Shown: positions 1 to 10,737, counted from the stretch's first letter. The stretch is 64,000 bases of DNA from Coraliomargarita sp. (GCA_965216325.1 OZ244160.1:2272001-2336000); one strand, 5' to 3'. Program-made: numbers and translations. Notes: generated from the sequence alone by a model not told the origin.

Positions 1-447
1 CGCGACAATGGCTTGGTGACCAAGGCCCACGCGGGCGAATTTGGCCCGGCGGCGCATGTGCGCGAAGCGATCGAAGTGCTGGGCTCCACTCGGATTCAGC
101 ATGGTGTGCGTGCCATCGAGGACGATGCGGTGCTACAGCTAGCGATCGATAAAGGTGTCACTTTTGACGTGTGTCCGATTAGCAATGTGAAGCTCAATGT
201 GGTGCCCGACTTGGAGCATCACCCGATCCGCACTTTCTTCGATCGTGGACTACGTTGCACCGTGAGCACCGACGATCCGTTCTCGTTTGGGAATACGGTT
301 GAAGATGAATATGCTGCCCTTAGTGCGGGCTGTATGTTCGATCATGCCGAACTTAAGCAGATCGCGTTGAACGGTTTTGAAGTCGCTCTGGTCGATGAAC
401 GCACCAAGGCTGACTGGATCGCTGAAGTTGAGGCGGTGGAGTTGTAA
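1..447 (+). CDS. add: Adenosine deaminase, C-terminal part (runs off left edge)
   Basis: HAGE, RIQHG, CPISN and STDDP motifs of the ADA family. Confidence 0.85.
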   Translation, partial: RDNGLVTKAHAGEFGPAAHVREAIEVLGSTRIQHGVRAIEDDAVLQLAIDKGVTFDVCPISNVKLNVVPDLEHHPIRTFFDRGLRCTVSTDDPFSFGNTVEDEYAALSAGCMFDHAELKQIALNGFEVALVDERTKADWIAEVEAVEL

Positions 448-492
448 ATTGAATTGCTTAACCGTAGATGCACATGAATGCAAACAGATTTG

Positions 493-559
493 GTAGGGCG
501 CGATTTCCGTATCGCGTCGCGGTGCCTGTGAGCGGTTCGATAAGGATATCGAACCCTAC
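493..559. repeat. GTAG-type REP doublet (REPIN-like)
   Basis: GTAGGGCGCGAT..ATCGCGTC hairpin and inverted GGTTCGATA..TATCGAACCCTAC. Confidence 0.65.
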
Positions 560-577
560 CTGCTAAAGCCCGAGCCT

Positions 578-790
578 ATGTCCGACGAAGAACAGATCAT
601 TGAATTGCAAACACAAGTCGTGCACTTGCAACGCCACGTCGAAGAGCAAGACGCCGAGATGTATAAACTCTCGATGCGCTTGGATCGCTTAATGAAAAAG
701 CTCACCGAGCAAGAGGCGCAGATTCAAGCGCTGAACGAGCGCAGTGGCGGAGGTGATATGCCCGCGAACGAGAAGCCGCCACATTATTGA
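578..790 (+). CDS. slyX: SlyX family protein
   Basis: 70 aa coiled coil ending in EKPPHY. Confidence 0.85.
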   Translation: MSDEEQIIELQTQVVHLQRHVEEQDAEMYKLSMRLDRLMKKLTEQEAQIQALNERSGGGDMPANEKPPHY

Positions 791-793
791 TTG

Positions 794-1516
794 TATGATC
801 GTAAAGAGGGGTGACGCAGGGCGCAGCCCTAGCGTTGCCCCTCTCGACTGGGTATGCCCGGCATGTTGTTAAAGTTATGGGGTGTAAGTCCCCTGTGAGT
901 ATGTCCAACATAACAATCAAATCACTAGTGAAGCACAAGGGCGAAGTCGTGAGGCTTTCGTCCGGAAGCAGTGTGGATCAAAGACATGAGCCGATGAACA
1001 AAAACGTCATAGGAGGCATGTGCAATGGGATGAGCGGGCCCAGGATCGCAAAGTCCTTTGGACCGGTTGCATGTGTAAATGGCGCGGTTGTGTGTCGACG
1101 GTTTAACAGCTTATCCGGGGAGGCCTCGAACTGTGGCTTGAGAGGGCTTCAATGTGCCAATCATCTCTCTGGCACGCCTGATAGTAATGTCAGGCGTATC
1201 GCAGTTGGAGGAGTCAGCAGACGGCATAGTAGCCGCGGAGACGAGCTTGCCAGAGGCAGGACGGACTCACGAAGCGGTGAAGGCCTGAAGTCGATCATCA
1301 TCGGGACTCATTCAGTAGACACGTCCATAAACGCCGACCGTAGCGCGAGGACCTCTGATCTCTGTTTGATACAGCTCGAAGATACGTCTACTTTTGTAGG
1401 CGCGACAACCGCCTTAAAACAGACTGCGTAGCACTGCGATCAGTCTGGCTGCGGACCCGCATGGCAGGTGGTGTGGGAGGTGGCGTCGGTAACGGCGTCA
1501 CCTACTCGATTTCTGC
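794..1516 (-). repeat. attC7 (794-851 plus 1511-1516), interrupted by intron 1
   Basis: Reconstituted minus strand GCAGAAC-CAGTC-GAGAGGGG...CCCCTC-TTTAC-GATCATA. Confidence 0.8.
852..1510 (+). mobile_element. ORF-less group IIC intron (intron 1), 659 nt, inserted in attC7
   Basis: 5' GTATGCCCGGCATG; domain I blocks shared with intron 2 (GTCGTGAGGC, GATGAACAAAAAC, GGGAGGCCTC); DV/DVI-like end GGTGGTGTGGGAGG...TACTCGAT; removal restores CTGG|TTCTGC. Confidence 0.85.
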
Positions 1517-1956
1517 TCCTTTAGTCCCATCATGTAGAGCTTTCCCTCGGATACTCCTAAGACGTAGCTCCAGCCGGTTTTAGAACCATTCCCTAAAGGA
1601 AGCTCCTTCGAATACTTAACTTCAACCATTTTATATGGTGTAGGATTCGAGATGAAGGTTTTCCCTTCTAATTCTATGGGTTTGCTCATCCCTTCCTTCA
1701 TCGTTGGGTAGATTTCATGGAATCTGGATTCTCCGATGCCCTGTTCTTTTAATTCTTTTAGCCCATCTAGCGTCTGCGAGAAGAGTTTCGGTGGTGTGTC
1801 TTGCACTAGCCAGATGCTATCCAGCTTCCCTTTTGAGAAGTCGCCTTGCTGTATGAACGCTTTAAATCGCTCAAGGAATTCTGTTTCCATTTTCTCTGAT
1901 GCGTAGCCGCTCAAAGAGATTAAGACTGCGGTGAGGGTGATTAGGATGTGTTTCAT
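1498..1956 (-). CDS. Cassette 7: secreted hypothetical protein
   Basis: 152 aa, signal peptide-like N-terminus; stop codon lies inside intron 1. Confidence 0.75.
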   Translation of the reverse strand: MKHILITLTAVLISLSGYASEKMETEFLERFKAFIQQGDFSKGKLDSIWLVQDTPPKLFSQTLDGLKELKEQGIGESRFHEIYPTMKEGMSKPIELEGKTFISNPTPYKMVEVKYSKELPLGNGSKTGWSYVLGVSEGKLYMMGLKEQKSSR

Positions 1957-1974
1957 ATTCTTTCGCAGAACGTC

Positions 1975-2009
<35 letters not shown>

Positions 2010-2015
2010 GCTGGG

Positions 2016-3921
2016 GTGTGCCGAGCATGCGCTCGATGTAAAAGTGGTTAAAGTCTGCTATAGTAAGAACCTAATCATAAAATGAAAGAACTATTACCAG
2101 ATGCCAAGGGCGTTGTCGTGAGGCAGGGTCTGAAGGAAGGCTATGGGAAAGCTGCGAGCTGATGAACAAAAACTGCATAGAAGGCCGACGTGGTCTGGTG
2201 AGCTGGCACCACACAGCGAAACCGCTAGGTTCAGCCACGCAGGTAAATGCAGCAGTTGTGCAGCGGAGCATCGAGTGCTTACCTCGGGAGGCCTCAGCGA
2301 GTGGCATGGGTTGGCTTAAAGGTGTCAGTCAAGCCCATGCACCTGAGTCAGTAATGACACAGGCGGCACTGGTTGAGGAGTCAGCAGCGAGCATAGTAGT
2401 CATGGAACCGCGAGCCATGAGTAGGTCGATAGGCCGAAGAGCATGGAGGTCTCGAACGTGATGAAGGCTCAAACCGTATATGGGCAGTCCGACCCGCAGG
2501 CAGGTTCACCTCTCACTGGCACAGACCCGTGTCGAGAGCTGGGCGATGTTTGTGCAGGGAAGCATGGGGCTGCCGAGCAAGAACTACTGGAGTTGATGCT
2601 GGACCGCGCTAATCTGAACGCAGCTTGGCGGCGTGTGCGCAGCAACGGTGGAGCTTCTGGCATCGACGGTATGTCGATCGAGGACTTTCTGCCGTTTGCG
2701 CGCGAGCACTGGTCACGGATCGAGACTCAACTGAAAGAGGGAACCTACCAGCCAGCCGCGGTGCGCCGCGTCTGGATACCGAAGGACAATGGGGAGAAGC
2801 GCCCACTGGGCATCCCCACGGTGTTGGATCGTGTGATCCAGCAAGCCATCGCTCAGGTAATTGCGCCGATCTTTGAGGCACAGTTCAGTGAGCACAGCTT
2901 CGGCTTTCGTCCAGAACGCCGAGCCCATGACGCAGTCAAGTCGATCCAAAGCGCAGCCGCCAAAGGTCACGTGTACGCGGTCGATTGTGACCTGAAGTCA
3001 TTCTTCGACACGGTCGATCATCGTGAATTGATGCAGCGTCTAGCGCGCCGGATCAAAGACGGGCGCGTGCTGCGCCTGATCCACCGCTACCTCAAGGCAG
3101 GCATCCGCTTGCCTGATGGCAACACCGAGGCAACCGCCGAGGGGGTGCCACAGGGGGGACCGCTCAGTCCGCTACTGGCCAATATCATGCTCGATGACCT
3201 CGACCATGAACTCGAACAACGCGGGCACCGTTTCGCACGCTACGCCGACGATTTTGTTATCGTCGTCCAAAGCAAGCGAGCGGCTGAGCGCGTGATGCAC
3301 AGCATCAGTGGCTTCATCGAAGCGAAGCTCAAACTGATCGTGAATCGCGAGAAAACGAAGGCGGGTCGGCTGACACAGTGCAGCTTCCTCGGATTCGTGA
3401 TCTCGCCCAAGCGTATCCGCTGCTTGGATACCAAACTGCACACGTTCAAGAAGACCATCCGTCAAATCACCTGTCGCAGTTGGGGCATCTCCATGGAGGA
3501 ACGCCTCGAACGTCTACGACTGTATGTGAATGGCTGGCTGGGTTACTTCGCTATCGGTGTGCCGTTCAAGGATATCCGCAGCATGGATCAATGGCTACGA
3601 AGGCGTGTGCGCTTGTGCTACTGGAAACAGTGGCGTTTACCGCGCACGCGCTACCGCAAGCTACGCGCGCTTGGGATCAACCCGAAGACGATTAAGCAGG
3701 CTAGTCGTTGTCGAAAAGGCTACTGGCGCTGCAGCAAACTGCGAGTGGTCAGTATCGCGATGAACAACCAATGGCTCGCCGAACAAGGCTGCCCCTCAAT
3801 CAAAGAACAGTGGCTCAAACTCTGCTATCCAAACGGATAGCTCTAACGGAACCGCCGTGCTACGGAGCCGTATGGCCGGTGGTGTGGGGGCGGGAGTCAG
3901 TGATGGCTCCCGCTACCCGAT
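2016..3921 (+). mobile_element. Group IIC intron with RT/maturase (intron 2), inserted in attC6
   Basis: 5' GTGTGCC; DV GAACCGCCG...CGGTGGTGT with CGC triad; DVI ending ACCCGAT; RT ORF inside. Confidence 0.92.
2443..3840 (+). CDS. Group II intron reverse transcriptase/maturase without endonuclease domain (start may be 2461 or later)
   Basis: RPLGIPTVLDR, GVPQGGPLSPLLANI, RYADDF and X-domain motifs. Confidence 0.95.
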   Translation: MEVSNVMKAQTVYGQSDPQAGSPLTGTDPCRELGDVCAGKHGAAEQELLELMLDRANLNAAWRRVRSNGGASGIDGMSIEDFLPFAREHWSRIETQLKEGTYQPAAVRRVWIPKDNGEKRPLGIPTVLDRVIQQAIAQVIAPIFEAQFSEHSFGFRPERRAHDAVKSIQSAAAKGHVYAVDCDLKSFFDTVDHRELMQRLARRIKDGRVLRLIHRYLKAGIRLPDGNTEATAEGVPQGGPLSPLLANIMLDDLDHELEQRGHRFARYADDFVIVVQSKRAAERVMHSISGFIEAKLKLIVNREKTKAGRLTQCSFLGFVISPKRIRCLDTKLHTFKKTIRQITCRSWGISMEERLERLRLYVNGWLGYFAIGVPFKDIRSMDQWLRRRVRLCYWKQWRLPRTRYRKLRALGINPKTIKQASRCRKGYWRCSKLRVVSIAMNNQWLAEQGCPSIKEQWLKLCYPNG

Positions 3922-4217
3922 TCTATATTTTCATTTGAACCATCGGGTAAGATCTTAATTGCTCGAAAGCCACTCCAACAAAGGCTTATCACGATGGCCG
4001 AGGTGATCGCTGTGATCAATGCATTGGATATGGCTTTCCCAATGATGAGACCTTTCATTTCTTTCGTTAGATCAGGTTCAAACGAAGACAACTCAGCATA
4101 AGCTTGAAGTAACCCTCCAGTTATGAAGTAGCCGAAAACGAAAATCGCGAACAACAGAACCCCTTTAGCTAGAAGGCAGAAGGCGACTTTTATCGTTCTG
4201 TTAATTTCTTTTTTCAT
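3897..4217 (-). CDS. Cassette 6: small two-TM membrane protein
   Basis: ATGAAA start just after core site; two hydrophobic helices; stop lies inside intron 2. Confidence 0.7.
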   Translation of the reverse strand: MKKEINRTIKVAFCLLAKGVLLFAIFVFGYFITGGLLQAYAELSSFEPDLTKEMKGLIIGKAISNALITAITSAIVISLCWSGFRAIKILPDGSNENIESGSGSHH

Positions 4218-4220
4218 TCT

Positions 4221-4277
4221 ATAGAACGTAGAAGACTGGCGCGCCGTTAGGCGTTGTCCAGCTCTGACTGGATGGCT
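4221..4277 (-). repeat. attC5
   Basis: AGCCATC-CAGTC-AGAGCTGG...CCAGTCT-TCTAC-GTTCTAT. Confidence 0.85.
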
Positions 4278-4780
4278 CCCGATTCTGTCTGAATCCTGCC
4301 GTAGTTCCAACGCCATGCGAGCGTCACAAAAAGGTAGATTATCGCTGCTAGCATGAAGAAGCAGTAGATTCCCCAAATATCTAGGCGTGGCTGAGAATAT
4401 AAAAGACTTCCAGTGATCGCCAATGCTCCAATCATGACCAATAATGCTTTCATTCCTTTATTCAGTTTAAGCTTAGTATCGAGCTTCCACTTGATCAGGT
4501 CGATGATGCTTAACCCGAATTCGACAATATAGCTGACAATACACGGTGCGGCTATGATTCCGGCAATGCAGATATAAATGATAAGATGGTTCTTTTCTTT
4601 TGCCGTGTATCCTGCCTGCCAAGGTGACGCATAGCTAACTGCGACTCCGTAGGCGATGAGGCCTAAGATCACGCTGAGAATGATTCCCTTTTGTCCGTGG
4701 GCTTCTTTAAACACTGGGTTGAAAAGTGGGATGCGCTGCAGATGTGCTAGCTCTGCTTTGATCTGTCTTTTCAGTTTCAT
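4247..4780 (-). CDS. Cassette 5: four-TM membrane protein (alternative start 4792)
   Basis: Four hydrophobic segments; stop inside attC5. Confidence 0.75.
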   Translation of the reverse strand: MKLKRQIKAELAHLQRIPLFNPVFKEAHGQKGIILSVILGLIAYGVAVSYASPWQAGYTAKEKNHLIIYICIAGIIAAPCIVSYIVEFGLSIIDLIKWKLDTKLKLNKGMKALLVMIGALAITGSLLYSQPRLDIWGIYCFFMLAAIIYLFVTLAWRWNYGRIQTESGAIQSELDNA

Positions 4781-4786
4781 TCTTTC

Positions 4787-4842
4787 AGCCATCGTGGAGG
4801 ATGAGCGACGGCGTAGCCGTTGCTCACTCCGCCTTGTTAGCA
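4787..4842 (-). repeat. attC4
   Basis: TGCTAAC-AAGGC-GGAGTGAGC...GCTCATCC-TCCAC-GATGGCT. Confidence 0.85.
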
Positions 4843-5333
4843 GTGCTTTGTTTTGGAGTTCCTATAACGCTTAAAGACGTAGATGCCTCTTTGATGGGTG
4901 CATGCCAGAGTTCATACTTTTTCGTCAATGTCTCTCCAATCGAGTATTGAACGTGGACCGCCTCTCCATCTTCAACGTCAATGGTGCTTGGGGTGAGCTT
5001 CATATGAAACCCCGTGGCTTCACCAGGACTAAGTGTCACAGGATGATATGGTGACAATGATGGGACTAACTCATGCCCGAGCATTCTTTTCTTTCCCCCA
5101 AAGCCGGCCTGAACAATCAGAATGCCGTCTGCACCTCTGGCGATGGCTTTGGAGTCAGGCTCTGTCAGTAAGGTTATCTTCTCTTCTGTGGTGTTGATGA
5201 GAACGATGCCGACCATTAGATCATGATCGGAAGCTCGATACACTACTTTCGCCTTCATGTCGATTCCATCGGAGTGACAGATTGAAAGAGCAATCGAGAA
5301 TATGGCAATAAGTAGGAGTCTTCTTTTTTTCAT
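4824..5333 (-). CDS. Cassette 4: secreted hypothetical protein
   Basis: MKKRRLLLIAIFSIALS signal peptide; stop inside attC4. Confidence 0.75.
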   Translation of the reverse strand: MKKRRLLLIAIFSIALSICHSDGIDMKAKVVYRASDHDLMVGIVLINTTEEKITLLTEPDSKAIARGADGILIVQAGFGGKKRMLGHELVPSLSPYHPVTLSPGEATGFHMKLTPSTIDVEDGEAVHVQYSIGETLTKKYELWHAPIKEASTSLSVIGTPKQSTANKAE

Positions 5334-5335
5334 TA

Positions 5336-5392
5336 TGCTAACGTGGAGATGTGGTGACGGCGTTAGCCGTTGCCACAATCGGCTGGTTCTCG
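5336..5392 (-). repeat. attC3
   Basis: CGAGAAC-CAGCC-GATTGTGG...CCACATC-TCCAC-GTTAGCA. Confidence 0.85.
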
Positions 5393-5725
5393 CTTTGGTT
5401 TGGTTGGAATTGTCAGTGCGACCACAAAAACAAAAATGCCGCTAAAGAACAGCGTATCCGCAGTTTTGCTTTTCGTTTCTCGGATGCTGTGCGCAGTGTA
5501 GATCAATGGTTCGAGTCTATGGTGAAACAGCTGCTTTCTAACTTCTTTTTCATCTGAAGAGGCGCTCGCAGCGTAGAGCTCAATGATCTCTTCATTTTCT
5601 CTTATTATTTCTTTCTCAAAAGTGTCGATGTTGGAAGTTGCTCGTGGATGTGAAATTGAGAAATTGAATCCCAAGATGATCTGAATCATCCCGATAAAAA
5701 GTAGAATCCGTTTCCTGATTTTCAT
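5363..5725 (-). CDS. Cassette 3: membrane protein with N- and C-terminal hydrophobic helices
   Basis: 120 aa ORF; stop inside attC3. Confidence 0.7.
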   Translation of the reverse strand: MKIRKRILLFIGMIQIILGFNFSISHPRATSNIDTFEKEIIRENEEIIELYAASASSDEKEVRKQLFHHRLEPLIYTAHSIRETKSKTADTLFFSGIFVFVVALTIPTKPKREPADCGNG

Positions 5726-5727
5726 TC

Positions 5728-5782
5728 CGAGAACGTGGAGTAGTGGCGCGGCACAGCCGTTGCCACTTACGTCTGGTTCGGC
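5728..5782 (-). repeat. attC2
   Basis: GCCGAAC-CAGAC-GTAAGTGGC...GCCACTAC-TCCAC-GTTCTCG. Confidence 0.85.
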
Positions 5783-6177
5783 TCGATTGGTTCTAGGGTG
5801 ATTAGGAGTTCCGATGGGTCTGAATCTGAATATTCAATCACTTCTGTTTTATATCCGTTCGCACCTGCTTCGATTTTGAGGTGTCTGACAAATACAACCG
5901 AAAGTCGTGCTTTTCCTTCTCCTAGAATGGTCAGCTTATGCTTCGGTTTAATTTCATCGAAGGAATACATCGGCTCAACACCAATGGATGCTTCTTTTAA
6001 TTTCTTTCCTTCTTTATTTTCTATTCTGAGTTGGATCTCTCTGAGTGTTAAGTCTTCAATTTCCCACTTCAGATGGGATTGATTGGTCCACAAAAAGAAC
6101 GCAGCGATGCCTAGTGCAAGTAGAAGAACGCTTGGTGCTGCTGCAATGGTGTCTGATATCGCTTTTCCTATTTTCAT
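5767..6177 (-). CDS. Cassette 2: membrane-anchored hypothetical protein
   Basis: 136 aa, N-terminal TM helix; stop inside attC2. Confidence 0.72.
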   Translation of the reverse strand: MKIGKAISDTIAAAPSVLLLALGIAAFFLWTNQSHLKWEIEDLTLREIQLRIENKEGKKLKEASIGVEPMYSFDEIKPKHKLTILGEGKARLSVVFVRHLKIEAGANGYKTEVIEYSDSDPSELLITLEPIEPNQT

Positions 6178-6186
6178 TTTTCTTTC

Positions 6187-6257
<71 letters not shown>

Positions 6258-6260
6258 CCT

Positions 6261-6656
6261 TCATTCTCCGTAGGCTACATAGAGCGTATAACCTTCGACG
6301 GTGCAAAGCTTCTTTAGATCATCTAGGAGTTTCCAGTGGGCACCAGCATAAGCTTTCGGGGTGGCTGTGCTAATGAGTATTTTCTTTTTCGAATTGAGTG
6401 AATCGGATGCTCTGAGAACCTCCTCCACAGTTTTAACACCCCAGAAGGGTTCTTTCAGTTCTTTCTTTTGGGCTTCGATTAGCAGAAACTTGGGCGGCTC
6501 ACCAGAACCATCAAAATAGTCTGCTGCAGGATTCCAAGTCGGGTTCAAGAGGTAGTGAACTGCTCCTTTTGTTTCTTCCTTACCTGCAGATGCAGCTACG
6601 GACTGAAGCAGAACTCCGATTATGCAAAAGCTGATGACTGTAATTTTCTTCCACAT
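6261..6656 (-). CDS. Cassette 1: secreted hypothetical protein
   Basis: MWKKITVISFCIIGVLLQSVAA signal peptide; ATG lies within junction G|ATATGT. Confidence 0.72.
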   Translation of the reverse strand: MWKKITVISFCIIGVLLQSVAASAGKEETKGAVHYLLNPTWNPAADYFDGSGEPPKFLLIEAQKKELKEPFWGVKTVEEVLRASDSLNSKKKILISTATPKAYAGAHWKLLDDLKKLCTVEGYTLYVAYGE

Positions 6657-6837
6657 ATCAGTGTTATGTAGTGCATTCAATGCACGTTTAGCTGTTTTTG
6701 GGATTTGTAAAAAACTTACGTTTTTTGATTTAAGTGATCTTGTTAGGGTGCGTTACTGTACTAGTAGAGGCGGATTGGGATCGAGTCATGGTTTTGAGGT
6801 AAGTCAAAATGTGAAATGGCGGCAAGGTTTGTTTCCT

Positions 6838-6884
6838 CAAAATCGTGCATTCGCGGCGGTTTTTTGGGCGAATGCATGATTTTG
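6838..6884. promoter_or_regulatory. 17-bp-arm inverted repeat between hemY and the cassette array (terminator or protein-binding site)
   Basis: CAAAATCGTGCATTCGC ... GCGAATGCATGATTTTG, 16 of 17 paired. Confidence 0.5.
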
Positions 6885-6941
6885 TCGGAATTCCCGGCAA
6901 ATGATGCATTCAGCGCCCCGATTGGGTAAATCTGTCCCAGT

Positions 6942-8285
6942 TTAGTGCCCTTGCATGAGTGCGGCTTCTAGGCAGTAAGTGAGTGAAATTCCCGTGCGGT
7001 AGTTGCCGGCGAGTTTGAGGCCGGGGTGCTGGGTCTCGATCTGGTCGATCGTTTCGAGGGTGGTGCCGTAGCCGAGTTTGTATTGGGGGATGGCTTGGCT
7101 CCAGTGCTTGTGGTGCACGAAGGTGGGCTGCCCGCTTACGCCGAGTAGCTCCTTGAGCTCGGGCAAGACTGTCTTGAGGACTTGCTCGGTGTCGGCCGTC
7201 GCATACTCGGGCTGGCGTTCGCCGCCAATGAACACGGTAAGCAGGGCTTCGCCCTCGGGCGCGCGGCCGGTAAAGACGCTGGAAGGAAAGAGTGCGCCGA
7301 GGATTGTGCGCTGCTCACATTCGGGCACCAGAGCGCCAAATCCGTCGAGTGGGTGTGCGATGTCAGATTTGTTGAAGCCAAGGCTCAGCACGGAAACCGG
7401 TGGATAGTCGATACCTTGCAGTGGCTCAAAGGCTGACTTTACTTCGTCTGCGAAGGGGAGGCTTTGCAGCTTGTGCGCAGGTGTGGTGACGATGAGCTGA
7501 TCGAAGCTTTTTGCTGGGGCGTTGTTCCACGCGAGCTCCCACTGTGAGCCGTCCTGTTGTATTGAATGAATGGATACCGCGCAGTGCACGTCATCGCCCA
7601 GGTTTTGAGCGATGGTGTGGGGCAGGCTGTCGATGCCGTCTTTAAAGGAGATGATGCGCTTGCGTACCTTGGGGCCGGTCGCTTGCTTGGCGGCTTTCAG
7701 TTTGGCGAGGGCGCCGCGGATGAGCCCGCCGTGTGCCTGCTCCAATGCGTAGAGTTTAGGGAAGCCGTAGCGCAGGGAGAGTTTTTCGGGGTCGCCGGCG
7801 TAGATGCCGCCCACCAATGGATTGATGGCGTAGTCGTAAAGCTCAGGGCCGAGTCGACGGCGGACAAAGTTGGCCACGCTTTCTTCGCGGTCATCCTGGC
7901 GTGCTTTGATGAAGGGCTCTTTGAGCACCCGGAGTTTCGCAGCGAACGACCAGAGCGGAGTGGTGATTGCCTGCAGCGGATTCATCGGCACGGCGTGGGC
8001 CTGGCCTCCGCGCACGATGTAGCGCTTGTTGGCGGCGGGCTCGGCCTCGATGATCTGTTCGCTGAGGCCGGGGATGCTGTTGAAGAAGGCCTCGATCTCG
8101 GCGGAGCCGAGTTGAATGGAGTTGGGGCCTTCTTCAGCGAGATAGCCGTCGCGCTGTACGCTGCGCATGGCACCGCCGACGCTGTCCGCAGCTTCAAGGA
8201 CGGTGACCTCGTGGCCCGTCTGCTTGAGTTGCCATGCGGTGGCGAGGCCGGTGATGCCAGCACCAATGATGCAGATCTTAGGCAT
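6942..8285 (-). CDS. hemY: Protoporphyrinogen oxidase (HemY type)
   Basis: IIGAGITGL FAD motif, EEGPNS, GIYAGDP, WSQAIPQY. Confidence 0.9.
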   Translation of the reverse strand: MPKICIIGAGITGLATAWQLKQTGHEVTVLEAADSVGGAMRSVQRDGYLAEEGPNSIQLGSAEIEAFFNSIPGLSEQIIEAEPAANKRYIVRGGQAHAVPMNPLQAITTPLWSFAAKLRVLKEPFIKARQDDREESVANFVRRRLGPELYDYAINPLVGGIYAGDPEKLSLRYGFPKLYALEQAHGGLIRGALAKLKAAKQATGPKVRKRIISFKDGIDSLPHTIAQNLGDDVHCAVSIHSIQQDGSQWELAWNNAPAKSFDQLIVTTPAHKLQSLPFADEVKSAFEPLQGIDYPPVSVLSLGFNKSDIAHPLDGFGALVPECEQRTILGALFPSSVFTGRAPEGEALLTVFIGGERQPEYATADTEQVLKTVLPELKELLGVSGQPTFVHHKHWSQAIPQYKLGYGTTLETIDQIETQHPGLKLAGNYRTGISLTYCLEAALMQGH

Positions 8286-8291
8286 TGCTAG

Positions 8292-8367
8292 GTAGGGGCG
8301 TTGCTTGCGACGCCCGCGGCTCGATGAGCGACGATACTGAGACGGGCTTCGCAAGCAAAGCCCCTAC
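8292..8367. repeat. GTAG REP doublet
   Basis: GTAGGGGCGTTGCTTGCGACGCCC ... GGGCTTCGCAAGCAAAGCCCCTAC; homologous to 50087-50164. Confidence 0.75.
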
Positions 8368-8386
8368 GAGCATCTGATCTCTAAGC

Positions 8387-9418
8387 TTAAGCATTGCTGT
8401 GGCCTGTCACGACTTCCATTAGCGCTTCCACGCATTCGATTTTGGCGCTCGGGACCATGCCGTGGCCGAGGTTGAAAATGAAGCCTGGCTCGGTGTGGGC
8501 ATCCGCGAGGAGGCGCTTGGCTTCCTTGCGGACGATCTCCGGTGTAGTGGTCAGCGTGATGGGATCGAGGTTGCCTTGGAAGCAGGTGCCGTGGCCGAGT
8601 TCCTTGCGCATGCGACGCATGTTGATGGTCCAGTCGAAGCTGATGATCTTGGCTCCGGTGCGGATCAGATCGGCGGCTTTATGGCCCATGCCCTTGGCGT
8701 AAAGGATGACGGGCACGCGGCCTTTGATCTCGTGGATGATGTGGTGGACCCAGCGCAGTGACCAAGCCTCGTAGTGTGTGGCGGGGCAGATGGAGCCCCA
8801 TGAGTCGAAGATCTGGATGGCGTCGGCTCCGGCATCGATTTGCATATGCAGGTAATCGATGATGGAGTTGGTGAGCTTCTGCATGAGAGCCTCGAAGAGC
8901 TCGGGTTGGTCCCATGCGAGCTTCTTGATGCCGATAAAGTCTTTGGCGGAGCCGCCCTCGATCATGTAGCAGGCGAGGGTCCATGGGGATCCGCAGAAGC
9001 CGAGTAGTGCTTTGTCCTCTCCCATGCGGCTGCGGGTGATTTGCAAGGCTTGGCCGACGTAGGCGAGCTTATCGACGATGTTGTTGTCGTCGAGCTGGGC
9101 GATCTTCTCGGGGGTATCCAGCAGGTAGTCCATGCCGATGCCGCCGCCGTCGCGGAAGTGGTAGCCTTGGCCAAGTGCTTCGGGAATGACGAGGATGTCG
9201 GAGAAAATGATAGCGGCGTCGAGCGGGAAGCGTTTCAGAGGCTGGAGGGTGACTTCTGCGGCGAGCTCGGGTGTGCGCACCATGGTGACGAAGTCGTGCT
9301 GGGCCTTGAGCTCGCGGTATTCGGGCAGGTAGCGGCCGGCTTGGCGCATGAGCCAGATGGGGGGACGGTCGACCGGTTGGCAGTGTGCGGCGGCGAGAAA
9401 GCGTTGTCGTGGTGTCAT
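8387..9418 (-). CDS. hemE: Uroporphyrinogen decarboxylase
   Basis: PPIWLMRQAGRYLPEY, IIFSDIL, NLGHG. Confidence 0.95.
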   Translation of the reverse strand: MTPRQRFLAAAHCQPVDRPPIWLMRQAGRYLPEYRELKAQHDFVTMVRTPELAAEVTLQPLKRFPLDAAIIFSDILVIPEALGQGYHFRDGGGIGMDYLLDTPEKIAQLDDNNIVDKLAYVGQALQITRSRMGEDKALLGFCGSPWTLACYMIEGGSAKDFIGIKKLAWDQPELFEALMQKLTNSIIDYLHMQIDAGADAIQIFDSWGSICPATHYEAWSLRWVHHIIHEIKGRVPVILYAKGMGHKAADLIRTGAKIISFDWTINMRRMRKELGHGTCFQGNLDPITLTTTPEIVRKEAKRLLADAHTEPGFIFNLGHGMVPSAKIECVEALMEVVTGHSNA

Positions 9419-9510
9419 TTGTAAGAAGGCTGAGTTGGAAACTTGAGACTTGAAGAAGGGTTGTGTTTGAAAGCTGAGACTTGAAGTTTAAAATGCTCAG
9501 GTTTCAGCTT

Positions 9511-10479
<969 letters not shown>

Positions 10480-10737
10480 TTACTCCTTTATATTTATCCG
10501 AACAATGCAAACGGACTTCCTGAACACACGATTACTTGCGTTGAGTGCATCTCTATTTGCCATGAGCCTCGTGCGCAGCACGAGACTCATGGCTGTGCAG
10601 TTGGGGTGCAGGAATTCCTTAGGCGAGCAAGGCACATGGCTGCCTGTTAGCCCAGCAGTCACGTATGTTTATACGCTCCTTTGGCCTTCAGTTGCCGAGC
10701 GCCTTGCTCATCCGATTGCATAGTCCGGAATTACGAG

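Noticed and set aside
811..1431. 206-aa ORF over intron 1, and 2162-2461 over intron 2
   Set aside because: They overlie structured ribozyme sequence and have no protein motifs; likely chance ORFs.
2443..3840. RT as a retron, DGR or defence RT
   Set aside because: It has group II intron RT and X-domain motifs and sits inside a ribozyme with DV/DVI; no template/variable repeat pair was seen.
6622..6879. 85-aa plus-strand ORF where intI would be expected
   Set aside because: It is short, has no recombinase motifs, and overlaps cassette 1 and the palindromes.
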